A stretch of 62,905 bases of DNA, the filler included. It is 5 parts of 5 records of this genome, joined end to end, with 100 filler letters (N's around TTAATTAATTAA, not from the genome) between each part and the next. Parts side by side here need not be neighbours in the genome. Positions count along the whole stretch, not along the records: positions 1 to 25,983 come from SRR15195285_749; positions 26,084 to 36,557 come from SRR15195285_755; positions 36,658 to 51,112 come from SRR15195285_759; 2 more parts are not named here. The stretch is one strand, 5' to 3'. Under the pieces are notes generated by a model that worked only from the letters and a program-made list of their open reading frames with translations, was not told the DNA's origin and ran no database searches. Shown here in pieces: positions 25,639 to 38,866 of the stretch. Both the position numbers and the translations under genes were made by a program. Position 1 is the first letter of the stretch, and each line of letters begins with the position of its first letter.

Positions 25639-25926
25639 TCATTTTACATTTTTCTTTACCCAGTTAATAATATATTCTAGTCGATCCATTTCGTTTGGAA
25701 TTAGTATACGCTTGTAACTGCTTATAATTCTATCAGTGTAGCCTTTACCATGCCAATAACCTGTCCAATATTCGTCTCTGACTTCAATTCTTTTGTTTAT
25801 TTGGTATAATCTATCAAGGTTAAAGTTATTAATTCTTATATAACCTGATTGATAAGACTTTATTTCACGCCCGTCATTTAATAAGAACGTAGATGTTCCG
25901 TTTTTGTTTACTTCTATTAGTTTCAT
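25639..25926 (-). CDS. Hypothetical early protein
   Basis: 95-aa ORF with A-rich leader. Confidence 0.6.
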   Translation of the reverse strand: MKLIEVNKNGTSTFLLNDGREIKSYQSGYIRINNFNLDRLYQINKRIEVRDEYWTGYWHGKGYTDRIISSYKRILIPNEMDRLEYIINWVKKNVK

Positions 25927-25983
25927 AGTTTATTTGTTTTATAGTTTACTTTGTAATCATTCCACCGAGCAGTGTAAGCGAAC

Positions 25984-26083
25984 NNNNNNNNNNNNNNNNN
26001 NNNNNNNNNNNNNNNNNNNNNNNNNNNTTAATTAATTAANNNNNNNNNNNNNNNNNNNNNNNNNNNNNNNNNNNNNNNNNNNN
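25984..26083. other. Artificial contig-joining spacer
   Basis: N44-TTAATTAATTAA-N44; base composition changes abruptly across it. Confidence 0.98.
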
Positions 26084-29000
26084 AGCCGGAGCCGGAGCCG
26101 GAGCCGGAGCTGCCAGCATCCCAGCTGGTGCGGTCGCCGTCGATGCAGCCTCCCCCGCTTCACAGCCTTCGGCAGAAGAGGGCGCCGCCTGCACTTCCTC
26201 TGTCGAAACGCGCGGCGTTCCGTGGCACACAGCAGTCTGCACGGGCCGAGCCACTTGGGACTCTGCGGGCAACTGTTCACAAAGCCACCAATCTACTAGC
26301 GATGGACAGTCGGACAGGAGATCAAGTAGGGTCCTCAGATCCGTTTGTGCGGCTCGTGATGTCTGCGCGTGCAAATGGAACTCAAATTCATGAAACCTCG
26401 GTTGTCAGCACGTCGCTCAATCCGATCTGGACAGCAGACAACGTGTTTGAGTTTCACGTTGAAGACGAAAAGGATGTGCTCTTTGCACATGTGATTGATG
26501 CCGACCCAGACGAGGATACGGATGACCACCTGGGGCAGGCAATGGTACGGGTAGGGGACTACGTAGACGGTGTGGAGGTCGGGCAGCGTGCATTCAAACT
26601 CACCCCATGTACTGACCACGAAGGCGCCAACGCAGGCGCGAGGCCAGTGCAGATAGCAACAAACCAGGAATCCGCGAGTGTTACGCAGGGCGAGCTGTTC
26701 TTGAGCTTTGTATATGTACCGGCCGGTGCACACCCGAAGCACCCGTTAGGCTGGGCAGAAGTGCAGGTGCAGCGTGCTTCCAATTTGAAAGGAGTTGATC
26801 GAAGCGGACTTAGCGATCCGTTTGTGGAAGTGATTGTTGACCAGTTCGGGCCGGTAGAAAGCGGCCACACCACATGCTTGCCGCAGACGCTCGACCCAGA
26901 GTGGTCGGATCCAGAGAGTGGCTTTGTCAAGTTGGAGGTTCGCTCCTCGACTGCGCAGCTCGTTCTCCGCTGTTGTGACAAAGATCGCTTGCTGGGAAGA
27001 ACACTGAAGAGCACTTTCCTCGGCGAGGCAGCGCTGGATCTCACCAAGCTGATCGAGTCTGCTGGGTCTTCCAGTGGTGAACAGACACTGCCGTTGGGTC
27101 CACAAGAGTTTGTCTCTATCCATTCCCGATTCCCGCCTGCAAGCCCTTCGACACCGGTCCAAGGCGACGTGACTGTTTCGGTTACGTTTGTACCGTGGAT
27201 ACCTCCACCTCCGCCACTCGGGGAGTTGTCGGTCAAAGTTGTGATGGCAGAAGAGTTGCGAGCTGCTGACTTGACCAGCAAGAATGACACATACGTTGAG
27301 TTGGTACTTGATCAAGCAAAAGGGAGCAACACGGTGCAGTACAAGCGCCATAGAACACCGACGGTCTCCAACAGCAACGCGCCCGTGTGGGACAGTACAA
27401 GCGAGTTTATGCTGCGAGTGCGAGACGCAGACGCCGTACTCTTCGCGCACTGCTTTGATGAGGACTGGGACTCGGCAGACGACTATCTCGGGGAGGCAAG
27501 TGTCTCAGTCAGCAAGTTCATGAGCTCCCCGAACGTACCGGTGCTGGTCAAACTGCCACTAGGAGAACGCACAGAGGGGTTGCCGGACGATGGTGGAGGC
27601 TCCAGAACGTTGTGCTGCGGCCTTGGTGCATCTCCCGAAGCTCGTGGCATTTTGACACTGAGCTGTCAATTTTTTCCAAACAATGCCGGGCTGGAAAAGG
27701 AAAATGTATCATTATCTAAGATAAAAGCATCAGCAGATGATGACTGGGAACATGTCGGCACGAAATCCAACACGACGCTTCTCTTTGGCTGTGCATCCGT
27801 GTGGTTTGTTGGTGCCGTGGTGTTGGCCGTCCTGCTTTTGGTTGGTGTCGTGGTCACCAAAAGCATGCTAGTCGCTGGCTGCATGGATGAAAGAGCTGTC
27901 AATTTCGATCCGGATGCGTCGAATAGTCGAGCATCAGCGTGTGTATACGTTTGGTGCGACAGTAGCGAAGACTGCAACACCCCCCGCGGCACATGTGTGT
28001 CTGGAACTTGTCGGTGCGAGCTGGGCTTCACTGGCGAGATTTGCAATGAGATCGAGCAGCTTTTTGCGCCTCGTGTCGACGGATCTCTCGAGTTACGAGG
28101 TGGTGCTAGCCCTGCTGACATTCAGCAAGCTATCGCGTCTGTCCAAGATGGCGTATCAGTTGACGATGTCGTCATAGATAGCTTCTCTCAGAATATCACT
28201 GGCATCTTGGTTGTTCCCGGTGTTTCGTACGGCATGTGGACAGATGATTCTGCACAAAGTGAACTACGGGATGCGATTGGTGCGTCTGCTGGTGTCTCTG
28301 CAGACGAAGTCACTTTCGCCAGTGTCGAACCTGTGGCAGCTGGCCGTCGTCTGCAACAAACACCCAGGACTGCGCTTACATATCTCATCTCGTCATCAAA
28401 TGATATCAGCAAAGTTCTTGGCAACGAGACTCGTTTCACCCAAAGGCTCAAACAGGAAGCAGCTCGAGCTTGCGCACTGTGCAGTGCCTTTTTGACAGCA
28501 GAAGTTTCATCGCAAGTCGTTGACGTGGTCTCTGCAGTCGTATACCACGTGGCACCTAAGTTTGCGGACTCAGCGCAAGCGTCAGCATTTGGGCAGGTCC
28601 TTCTTGACTCTCTTGGCAACCCAGACAACCTTGTGGCTGCCGCACAAAGGGGCGGGCTCTCCGTGATCTCGAGTGTAGTTGCGGAAGACTTCAGTATTGC
28701 GGAAGCATTCTCCCGTGTTGTAGACGGCCTTTGGCAGCAGTTTGTGGATCTATTCCAGCGCATGAGACCGACATTGTTGCGAAGCTCACAAACAATACAG
28801 TTTGGTGGCTGGGCTGTTGAGGTTGCGACAGCCTTCACCAGTGACTCTCCAATCACAGCACGAGTCTTAGGTGCGATTACGCTGGGTGACCTGATGTCAG
28901 ATGTGCGCTTGCCAGAAGGCCTGGCTGGAGTCATAGACCCTGTACGTGCCACAATGCTGCGCAACGTCACGGTGGTGGTCAACACGGAGCCTTTTGCTGC

Positions 29001-32000
29001 TGTTGAGTTTTCTGCCACAGTGGATGTTCGAGGCAACCCGACACCATTACGGATGACAGCCACTCGCACCGAAGATGGAGATTGGGACTATTTCACGACG
29101 ATGCGTTTCAATGCACTTTGGAGCGCAGTGGGTGCGTCTCTCGGTGACTCCCTTGGTCAGTACCTTGACCACTTGGAAGTCCCAAGCTCTGGGACAGTTC
29201 TGCTCGCAAGTGAAGCAGGCAATCGTCAGCGGGCACAGTCCAGTCCAGAATTGCTCATGAGTGCGTTCACATTTAAAATTGGGGCGCTATCTCAGATTCA
29301 AGGTACTACACCTCTGCAAAACGCACTGGCTGCTGGCGGCAATCAGCAGCTTGTGCAACAGTTTATGCTTCAGGAAATTGAAGCACTGCTACAGGAAGGT
29401 TTGGTGGGGACTATCGAATACAAAGGTCGATTGCTAGCCCTCAGTGTTGCCTGTACCAATGAAGAGGGCATCAGGCTCGGGGCTGCGATGACTGGCCCGC
29501 CTATCACAGTTGGTGAGGCACTAGGTACTGCACAGTCCAAATTCAACGAGTACTTCGTGACAAGCGGTGATGCAATGGCTACAGTGACACAGAGCGCGCT
29601 GTCGCCGCTCTTGGGCCTTGAGTTTGATCATTTTCAACTGGCGGCGAAGACCAATCCTCCAACTCTGGACGTCACCAGTGACATTAACTGGAGGGGTGTC
29701 GATGCATCTTTTGAATTGTCTATGAGCAGAAACAGCTCGCAATCCTCCTGGGATTACTCTCTGATGGTGGCCTGGCGTGACTTAGATCCGCTTGTGACGA
29801 CCCTGTCTGACTACATTGACATGCCAACTATGTCAGGCGATGCAGCGATTATGATTAGCAGTAGTACCACACCCAAGGTACGTGTTGGCACCTGGAATGG
29901 CGACGGGTTTGACGAGGTTGCGCCCAGCATGCCAGAGCTCGATCTGGAAGTGCTGGGACTGGATACGAGCGTCCTCGAATCCCGGATTTCAGGAGAAGAT
30001 GTGTCAGCACCTAGCGTACGCCAGCTGTACGAGCAGGCACACGCTCTTGCAGGTGGATTTATTCCAAGCGTCAACGATTTTGCTGTAAATCGGATGGATG
30101 AAGGCTGCAGTGGGACAGTTCGGTTTCAAGGCAGCGAGCTGAACATTTACGTCAAATCGTCAGCAGAAGGAGGATTCATATTCGGTGGCGCCTCACGTGG
30201 TGACGCCATCGATATTGGCCAGGCTCTTGGTGACGTTATGCAACAGATTCATAGCTCCTCAAGCGAATCTGACCTGAGCGATGCAATTCAGACCAATCTA
30301 GCTTTGCTCAACAACATTCAAATTGATGGCCTTGTCATTACGGGTCGCACGGAGCCTCCGAGTCTCCATGCAAGTGGTAGCGTGAACATAAATGGCATCG
30401 AGTCGGACTTCGAGTTTAGTCTCACGAAGGAGGGCGATGGCTGGGAGTTCGGATTTGTCAACCAGTGGGCAGACAGTAGCGATATTGCATCCATGATCGG
30501 ACTCAACGTTACGCAGTATGTTGGGGAGATGAGTCTTGGTCCTCTTGCTCTCATGATCTCATCTACATCAGACCCCATGGTGCAGGTCGGTGAGATGCAA
30601 CCAGGCCGCCGGCAATTGCAGGAGGCAGCCACCACCGCTTCCAGTCTGGCCAAGCAGACACTGGAGAGTCAGCTTGGCCTACCACTCGTAGTCGAGGCGT
30701 TTGTGCAAGAGCGACTGCGACCTGGGGTTGACGGCACGTTGGTGCTCGCTGGGCGAAGCCTATCTTACCGTGTTGCATGTACTCGTGCCGGTTGGCACGG
30801 CGTCGGGACCGTTAACTTCGCTGGCGACACGGGCCCCATGTTGAGTGATGCGATGGGACCAGCAGCGTTTGATACTAATGGTAGCCCAATTCCCGAGCAG
30901 TACGCACACAACTTCCAAGCGTTTCTGAGCTCTGGTCCTCGGATCGAGTCTGCTTGGCTTGAGTTCTGGACAGATCCTCCATGTGTCATTCTAACTGGAG
31001 GAGTCGCGATAGGCGAAGACAGTGGGTTGCACTTCAGCTTCATGGCGAAGGAAGCAGGAAACGGATGGCACTTTAACCTTGCCGTCCAGACAGATTTCCT
31101 CGAGGAGCTGTGGGAGTCGCTTCCACCGGACTCCCTGCACTATGTTGGCGTCGACCCCTCATGGAGTCCGACCCAACTTGCGGACCTTGCAGCATTTGCA
31201 ATTCATGTCCAGAAATCTCCTGACGATACCAAATTTGAATTGGGCACTCTCAATCCAGAAACAGGAGCAGTCGATGATATTGACCTGTTATCAGTTGCTC
31301 GTGAGTTTCCAGAGTTTGAGGCCGTCCTGGAGATCGAAGATATTCCTGTGGGCGAGCACACTGTTGCTGCACTGATACATACATCAAATGAACAGCTGTA
31401 CCTCAGTATATCAACACCGTTGGCAGTCGGGGATACCCTGTCGACAATGGTCAACTCAGCAAACGACGAGGCTGACCTGGCAGCACAGACTGCAGCTGCA
31501 CCACCACAGCTGGCCACGTTTGCAAGCGCTCTCAACAGTGCAGCGTTGGAGTCATTGGAAACCCATGTTTGGACGAACTGGGGTGACGGAATAGTGGTGC
31601 AACTTGCGGGAGACGCAAGAGTGCTGAGCGAACCTGTCGCTTTTTCACTCCTGTTTGCTGCTGATGAGGATGCAGCTACCGAATGGGAGCTGACTGTTGC
31701 ATTTGACGTGTGGAATTTTGCTGAGGATCATCTCTCACATATCGACTTCCTCCGTTTAGATCGACGTAGGTTCTTGCAAGCTGATGCCACAACCCAAGGT
31801 GTGATTCGAATAAAGGATGTTGCGGGTGTCAAGGAGCTGAAGATTGGCCGAGCCACGCTGGATGGGGTACGCGGTCCAGTGCCTGAGCAGCACTGGCCGG
31901 TTGTTGGCGCGCCACTTCAAGCAAGCGACCGTCTGATGCCTCTCGAGTACATGATGGGCAACATGGGGGTGAGCGTATATGTTCGTGCTTTCAGTGGAGA

Positions 32001-35000
32001 GGAAACGGGTTCGGGAATGGTGGCCCAAGTGATTCTAATTGACATGATGTTGGCTGATGTGGTACGCGAGACGCTAGGGCCAGCAATATCTGAACTGTGC
32101 CCAGCTGCATTCTCTGGCAATGTTTCTGTCTCGATGTTCTGCCAGCTGTTCGACGTGCTTCTGACCGTGAGCGTTGACCAACTTACTCTCGAAGCTTCCG
32201 TCTCAGACGATACAGATGCGCCGTTGGCGATTTCTATGGATGCACGTGGGCTGAGCATCCTGCACACGCCTCCTTTTGATTTGATGCTTTATGCAGAGAT
32301 CTCTTCAGATTCTCAAGTTTTCGGCTTCTCTGCCCACTGGGACTTGCTGGACTTTGGTGGCATGCTCCGAGGTGTTGATGCACTGACCATTGGGGACAAC
32401 CACATCTGCAGCATGACAATGTTTGAACCGTTTTGCTCTATCCGTGTACAGGATGCCCGCCTCATATACATTTCGCGCGAAGACATGTGTGATCAGATGC
32501 TCAACGTGTCGTACCTAGCGGACTGTGCTGCTGGGCTATACTTTGTCTCATCGATGGACTTCCCCCCGAATTTTGCTATCGGAGACTTCACCACGGAGAC
32601 GCTGCAAGGGGTCGCGGAAAGCTTACTCGGCCAGCGGCTTCCGAATCTGACCATTCCGCTCGCTCTTCCAGCAACGCCTTCCATGAAAAGCCTCCGCATG
32701 AAGCTCCCCATGAACATCATCATGGGCATGGCACGACACCTTACGGTGGGACGCCGTTCACAGGACTCGGAGATTCCTGCACTAGAGTTAGGCACCAACG
32801 GCCAAGGCACTCCCCTGATGACTGTACGAGACTTTCAGTTCATGTTGGATGCGTCCAGCTACGGTTTTGCACCAGGGTTCGAGGCAACGATGCACCTAGA
32901 CATGACAGGCGCTGCAGATGCGAGTGGTCGCCGGTTGCTGGAACTAGTAGGAGATGCACCACATGGGACACCATTTTGGCCGCAGCGACGGTTGCAGGAA
33001 ACTACGAGCGGGCCTGAGCCTGCCACTGTGGACGTGACGATCGGTTTGCTCGTTGGTGTAAAGACCCCGCCATGTGGGCCGTTCGCTGAGCTGGAAGTTT
33101 CCATCGATCCACCGCTAACATGGGTTAACCCGTTTGGTATTGCAAACTTGTCTCTGACGCTCCAAGGTGTCTCGGGTGGGTTGTGCTTTGGAACCGGTGT
33201 CCCAACGCCAAGCCGATTGGGACTGGCGGGGGGCTTTTCGTGGGGTGCCTACATGAGTGGCATGATTTTCATTGAGCTGGAGTTAGCACCGACCGCTTCG
33301 CAGTTCTTCTACGCCGAGTTCCGGTGCTCCATTGAGCCATGTACTTTGGAGGCGCTACTAGACACGATGGGCACCGAGGGCCTTGATGAAGTGCGTCCGT
33401 TTATCCCCTCCATGGGAGTCGAATGCAACAACCCATTATGCAAGGTGTCGCTAAACACTGATGGCCTTATGCCCGGAGCAACTCGCACAATACGTGATCT
33501 GTCTTCACCTATCTACAGTGAGATAGATGTGCCAGGTGGTCTAATGGTTGATATCCCAGCTTTTCACTTTTTAGGTCAGTCAGGGTACGCGTTGATTAAC
33601 ATCGGTGGGAGCGAGGGCTTCCTGCACGCAGGACTGCGCGGTCCGTTGCGACTACCTCCACCACTGAGCTGGCTGGCAATCGGACTGGATATGCCAGATT
33701 TTGAGAACCGACTGGACATGGTCTACAGTCCAGCAGGTGTCAACCTCGCTATTGCCTCTAGGATAACATGGGGCGAGTCAGAGATTGGAGCAAACTTGAC
33801 GTTGGCTGCCGATCCTGTGCCGGCGTTTCAGCTGACCCTGTTCATCAATATACCCGCGAGTGAAAGCTGTACGTTTGACTTCGCTGTGGAGGCATCAGCT
33901 GCTATGGTGCTTGACAGTGGCTCGCGAATTGGTGTTGGTGGAGACTTTACGCTTGGTATGACAGAGTTCAATCCAGACGTGGTGGAGTGCATGGCATACG
34001 AGATGCAGGCCCAAGTCAAGACGTTCTGGACGGATATGCTCGCGGAGTGGGTGGGAGACGCCGGCAATTTCCTGTCAGGAGCACGCAATGCCGTCTTCGA
34101 CGCCCTCTATACAAATAACATGGGCATGTGCCGATGCGACAGGTCTTGGCGCCCGTGCAATCCTGGTGAGTGTTCTAGTATTGATGATAATCCTTGCGCT
34201 GGTGAATGCTGGTGCGACGAGACCGCGTTTCCAGACACATGCCGATGTGCCTGCCCAGAAAACCCCGCTGACTGCATCAATCCGAGCAGCGATGATGCCG
34301 GCGAGGCGAAAATGTACGCGTGCCAATCTCGTTGCGCTACTCCGGAAGGGAGAGAGGCTGCTAAGACCGGCCAGATGCCACCAGACACAGATACTGGACG
34401 ACGGCGTGTGCAGCAGGTGGAAGGTAGCAGCATCCCAGGTCAGTACGTTCTGATCAACGGCAACCGCACGTTTGTTCCGCCGCTGACGCTACCGACCATC
34501 GAGGCCCTCATTGACGCTGACTGCCTTCAATGGGCAACTCCAGCCAAAGGGCGGAGTCATGTGGAGCATCCCACTATTTGCCTACGCTATGCTCACAAGT
34601 ACCCTCGCCTGAACGCACTGCTAGTCCGTCATCGGATGCTAATGCACGATCCTGTGGTCAAGTCGCTGCTCAAGGATGGTGGACGCGGAATCGACCTGGG
34701 CGGCGGGCGACGAGGGAGCGACGTTCTCACAGAGATCGCTGGCAAGGTGCACAAGCTGGCTTACACTTCGCGAGGAGGTCTGTCCACCAGGCGGCGAAAA
34801 GGCTTCGGTAGCTGGGCAGGACACCACTTGGAGCACCTGACTGAGGCAGCAGCAGAGGCCATTGGAGATATTGGAGATTTCTTTAGTGCGCTGGATGGCG
34901 ACTTTGATGTCATTGGTGAGTACCTGTCGCTCTACCACTTGACACGCCATGTTTTCCCCCGTAGCCATCGCTTTGATTGCGACGAGTGACATGGCATGGC

Positions 35001-35408
35001 TGTATGATGCTGTTCTATACATGCAGCTGTCAACTCTTTCGCCTTCGACGCGTCGAGTCTGCGTGACCTCATCGAGTTTGACAACATTGAGATCTCCTTC
35101 GCTGCAGACATAACTCTGTTCCCAGGTACAGATGTCTCGGTCCACTGGACGCCGTCTTTTCATGCAGAGTTCGACCCTGCGAACGTTTTTCGCGTGTTGA
35201 AAGAGCACGTGGTTGCTGAGGCGGAAGACTTTCTGTCGGTGCGTGCTATAGAAAACCAGGCAGCTGTGATCACGCTATTGTGACCGAACTGATGTGTTGG
35301 TGTTCACCGCAGAACACAATCGATCTGCAGATAATGCTGTGCGAGATCTCAGCGTCAGATGAGGCAGAGCGAGCTGCGTGTGACCCAGAAAGCAGCACGC
35401 AAGGCTAA
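26084..35408 (+). CDS. Eukaryotic giant membrane protein, 5'-truncated: three C2 domains, TM helix, EGF-like domain, beta-rich repeats, Cys-rich tail
   Basis: Three KA..L...D..G.SDPFV / D.D....D..LG C2 patterns; TM at ~27780-27860. Predicted GT-AG introns 34916-35026 and 35239-35312 extend the frame to the stop at 35408. Confidence 0.75.
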
Positions 35409-35485
35409 CGGAGGCGCGGTATGTGGTGCAGTGTGCTGCAGCTTCGATCGGTCTATTAGTATGCTCCACTGCAAGAGTCAAGCGT

Positions 35486-36367
35486 TTATGCCTTGCGGTC
35501 GACCGATGCCCTCCTAGCAAATTTCGCGGCGCCAGCCCCAGCTGCATTCCGTAACCCGGTCATCATTCCATCCACCTGGTCAGGGATTACTGGCAACGCG
35601 CCCTGCGCAGCCTCTTTGAAGACTTTCTCCACCCCTTTGCCCGTACGCGCAGACACTTCGAAGAATTTTGCGCCTGCCTCTCGTGCGTACTCTTCAGCCA
35701 CATCTGCGGACAGGCCGAAATCAGCTTAGCGCGTGACAGCTAGCCTATGCACGTGCGCATTCTCACCAGCCCGAACTTCTCTTCGCTCGTCACAGTCGCA
35801 CTTGTTGGCAGCGATGACCAAACGAATATCGCGTGGGCCGAGCGACTTTAGCTCAGCAACCCAGCTCTTCATGATCTCGAACGAAGCTTCTGATGTTAAG
35901 TCGTAGACGACCACTGCCGCCTGCGTTTCCAGGAACCCACTCGCAGATTAGGTCCAGCTGGCCCCTGCAGGCAGTGCCATGCCGCTGCGGGGGGACGATC
36001 GCACCTCTGCAGCTTTGTAGTACATGTGTGCAAGGTGGTGCACCTTGGTGGAGCCAGGCGTGTCCCAGATGTTCAGCTGCACTGCACGCGCCGCCTCGCC
36101 AGGAGGACGCACGATGAGCACCCTTTCCGTCAACGACGCGCCCATGTTGACCTCGTTTTTCAGCCGGAACTCCTGCGCATTGAAGCGTTGCACCAGGCTG
36201 GTCTTTCCGCAAGACTCCTCCCCGAGCAGCACCACCGGGACAGGTGCGCCGCCCTCCCCTCCTCCTGTCCTCCGCACGACGACATCGCCTGCTGCTCGCC
36301 GCCCGGCGCCCTTCGCTCGCTTGCCCGAGGCACCCTTTGCCGGCCGGCTCGCGCAGCAGTTGAACAT
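35486..36367 (-). CDS. Rab5/Rab22-like small GTPase, three exons
   Basis: GEESCGKT, IWDTPG, VVYD.T...SF, NKCD, EVSAR; introns 35921-36004 and 35704-35766 restore the frame. Confidence 0.8.
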
Positions 36368-36557
36368 CCACTGCACGCCACCTCAAGAGCCGGATACTGC
36401 GACCCCTACAACATCGCACACAGCGACCTCCCCCCAAAAACCCTGCGAGAGCCGAGGCCCTCACAGAAGCCGACGCTGCCCGGCCCAACGGGAACCACCG
36501 AACTACTCTTCTGTCTGGTCACTGCGGCCACGCGTTGAAGCCGCCGCCGCCGCCGCC

Positions 36558-36657
36558 NNNNNNNNNNNNNNNNNNNNNNNNNNNNNNNNNNNNNNNNNNN
36601 NTTAATTAATTAANNNNNNNNNNNNNNNNNNNNNNNNNNNNNNNNNNNNNNNNNNNN
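36558..36657. other. Artificial contig-joining spacer
   Basis: N44-TTAATTAATTAA-N44. Confidence 0.98.
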
Positions 36658-36699
36658 CGGTGGTGGTGGTGGTGGTGGTGGAGGCGGAGGGTGTTGAGG

Positions 36700-38866
36700 A
36701 TGGGGAGCGTCGAGGCCGCCAAGGCCTACCTGATGAAGGCGAACGGGGAGGGGTGCAACCTGTATGATCACCTCGCGGAGGTCATGTCCAAGTTGCTCTC
36801 GGAGAAGCCGGAGGACGCGCTGGCGCAGTTGGAGGCCATCAGGTGCGGGGGACCCACACGTCCTCTCTCTTTCCCTCTTCCTCGTGGTCTTGTCCTGTGG
36901 GGGTGGCGGTGTTGGTGTGGGTGCGGGTGGCGTTCGTAATTGAGGGAGCCGTAGTGGTGCGGGCCGTTTGGCTGCCTCTTGAGCCCTCTTGATGAGGAGG
37001 GCTGCTCGGGGCGGTGCTGGCTCGGCAGCGCGTAGGCAGGTCGGGCGCTATATGCAGGGGGTTAGGGTAGCGACAGGAAACGTGGCAGTTCGCGCCCTCT
37101 GCCGCAGGAGCCCTGCGTGCAGCGCTGGGAGCCACGCAGCACAGCAGTCCAGAGGAGGGTGTATGTGGGAGTTGGATCGCGCTGTTGCGTGGAGCTGTTT
37201 TTCTGAGCGGTTGGTTTTTCTTCGACATGCAGTGCGGAGGTCAAGGCGACGAAGTTCGTGCCGGGGGCGGCCCCGGCGAAGCCTGCGCCGGTTGATGAGC
37301 GCACGCTGGCGCGGTGCAAGGAACTGGTGGGGCTGATCAAAGGGCCGGAGCCGGTGATCGACGCCGACGGCTGCCTGGACGTGCCGCCGAAGAATGTGGT
37401 GGCGATGCCCACTGCGGTGGGGGTGGTAGAGACCGCGGAGATGCTGGAGCGCGCCGGGCTTGGCATGGGCAAGACTGAGTCCTACCGCGTCGCCTTGGCG
37501 ATCAAGAACCTGGCCGAGGACGACAACGAGAAGGTGACCTCCTGCAAATTCTGGGGCAAGATCTACGGCACGAAGGCGGACTACTTGATCGCCGAGACCA
37601 CCACTGGCCCTCGGGGTACGTTGCCCGAATGCCCCGCCCCGCCTTCAGCCAGTCGCTCAGGTGCATCGTCGCAGCTCGTGGCCCGTGCTCTGACCGCCTG
37701 CGTGTGCACCCCCGACAGAGTCCACCATTGCGCCGCTGACGGATGAAGAGATGTACGAGAAAAAGGTGGTCGCACCCGAGCCGCCGGGTGTCGGTGCCAA
37801 CAAGTGTGTCTACTACGTCTGCGCAAAGGCTGGCGATCCCTGGGTCCGCCTGCCTGACGTGACCCCCGCTCAGATCACTACCGCGTGCGCCATCAAGAAG
37901 CACTTCACCGGCGACCTGGCTGCCCCAGTGAAGACCTACCCCGAGTTCCCTGGCGCGGAGGCCGAATACCTGCGGGCACAGATCGCGCGCATCACGGCCG
38001 ACACTGCGCTTGTGATCGCTGAAGGCTACCTTGTTGAGGATGAGGTGGAGGAAGCAGAGGAGGCCGACGAAGAGGAAATCGACCCTTTCAAGGATGAGGC
38101 GTCCATGGCGAAGTACCGCGAGAAGCAGCTGACCGCCGTGGCCGACGGACACCAGCTCGAGGACACGAAGATGCGTGTCGCAATGCCGGGCGAGGACGGC
38201 GCGTTCGAGGGGTACGAGAGCATGAGTCAGGCGGCAGATCCGGCAAGCTGGGCGCACGCGGCGCGGCCGTTGCTCACGAAACAAGGCCGCTGCTCTTGGT
38301 ACCCGTTCCCGAAGGCGCCGAAGCCGCCGCCGGCGGAAGGGGAGGAAGAGGAGGAGCCGGAGGAGGAGGAGGAGCCGGAGGAGCCGGAGGAGCCGAAAGC
38401 GCCTATGGGCACGATTAGCGAAGACCCGTCCCTGGACCCCGCAGAAGAGGCTGGCTTCGAGGAACAGGAGTGCCCTGCGTGGTCCATCCGGCACTACTGC
38501 GGCGACGTGGATGGCGCGCACAGCAAGTCCACTGTCGTTGCAATCAAGAGCAACAAGTGGCCGGGCGCTGTCACGGTTGCCGCATCTGGCGGTGGCCACG
38601 GTACATTGTTCAGTAGCGTGTACATGGGCAGCGGCGCCGAGCACACGGCAACAACAGCGGGAGTAAAGCCGTTCGCGCCGCCGCTCCCTGCGGCGGTGCA
38701 GACCGAGTGGGCCCCGACAGCCCCAACAGAAGAGGACGAGGAGGCCCCGTTCCAGCTGGAAGAGGCACCCGACCCGACGGTCGCGCAGGAGGCTGAAGAG
38801 CAGGAGCGGCTGGAGGCCGAGGCGGAGGGTGCCGTGGACGCTGAGGGCGAGGAAGGCGAGGAGTAA
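36700..38866 (+). CDS. Flagellar radial spoke head protein (RSP4/6 family), three exons
   Basis: AKAYL..NLYDHL, FWGKI.GT.ADY.IAE, G.GANK.VYYVC, W..LPDVTP.QI, EAEYLRAQIARI, SNKWPGA; introns ~36843-37232 and ~37616-37718. Confidence 0.9.

Larger units (their letters stand above)
1..25983. mobile_element. Tailed bacteriophage genome fragment, probably Bacteroidota/Flavobacteriia host
   Basis: AT-rich, gene-dense and intronless; many TAATG/ATGA gene overlaps; phage-type gene set (amidase, primase-helicase, ERF, RNR, ligase, KTSC). A-rich leaders without Shine-Dalgarno sequences are typical of Bacteroidota translation; the host assignment is inference. Confidence 0.9.

Noticed and set aside
26028-26039. 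TTAATTAATTAA palindrome repeated four times in the window
   Set aside because: It is the centre of identical N-padded spacers and puts stops in all frames; an assembly artefact.
25900-26200. Phage integrated into a eukaryotic genome
   Set aside because: The junction is an artificial spacer, so there is no evidence of physical linkage.
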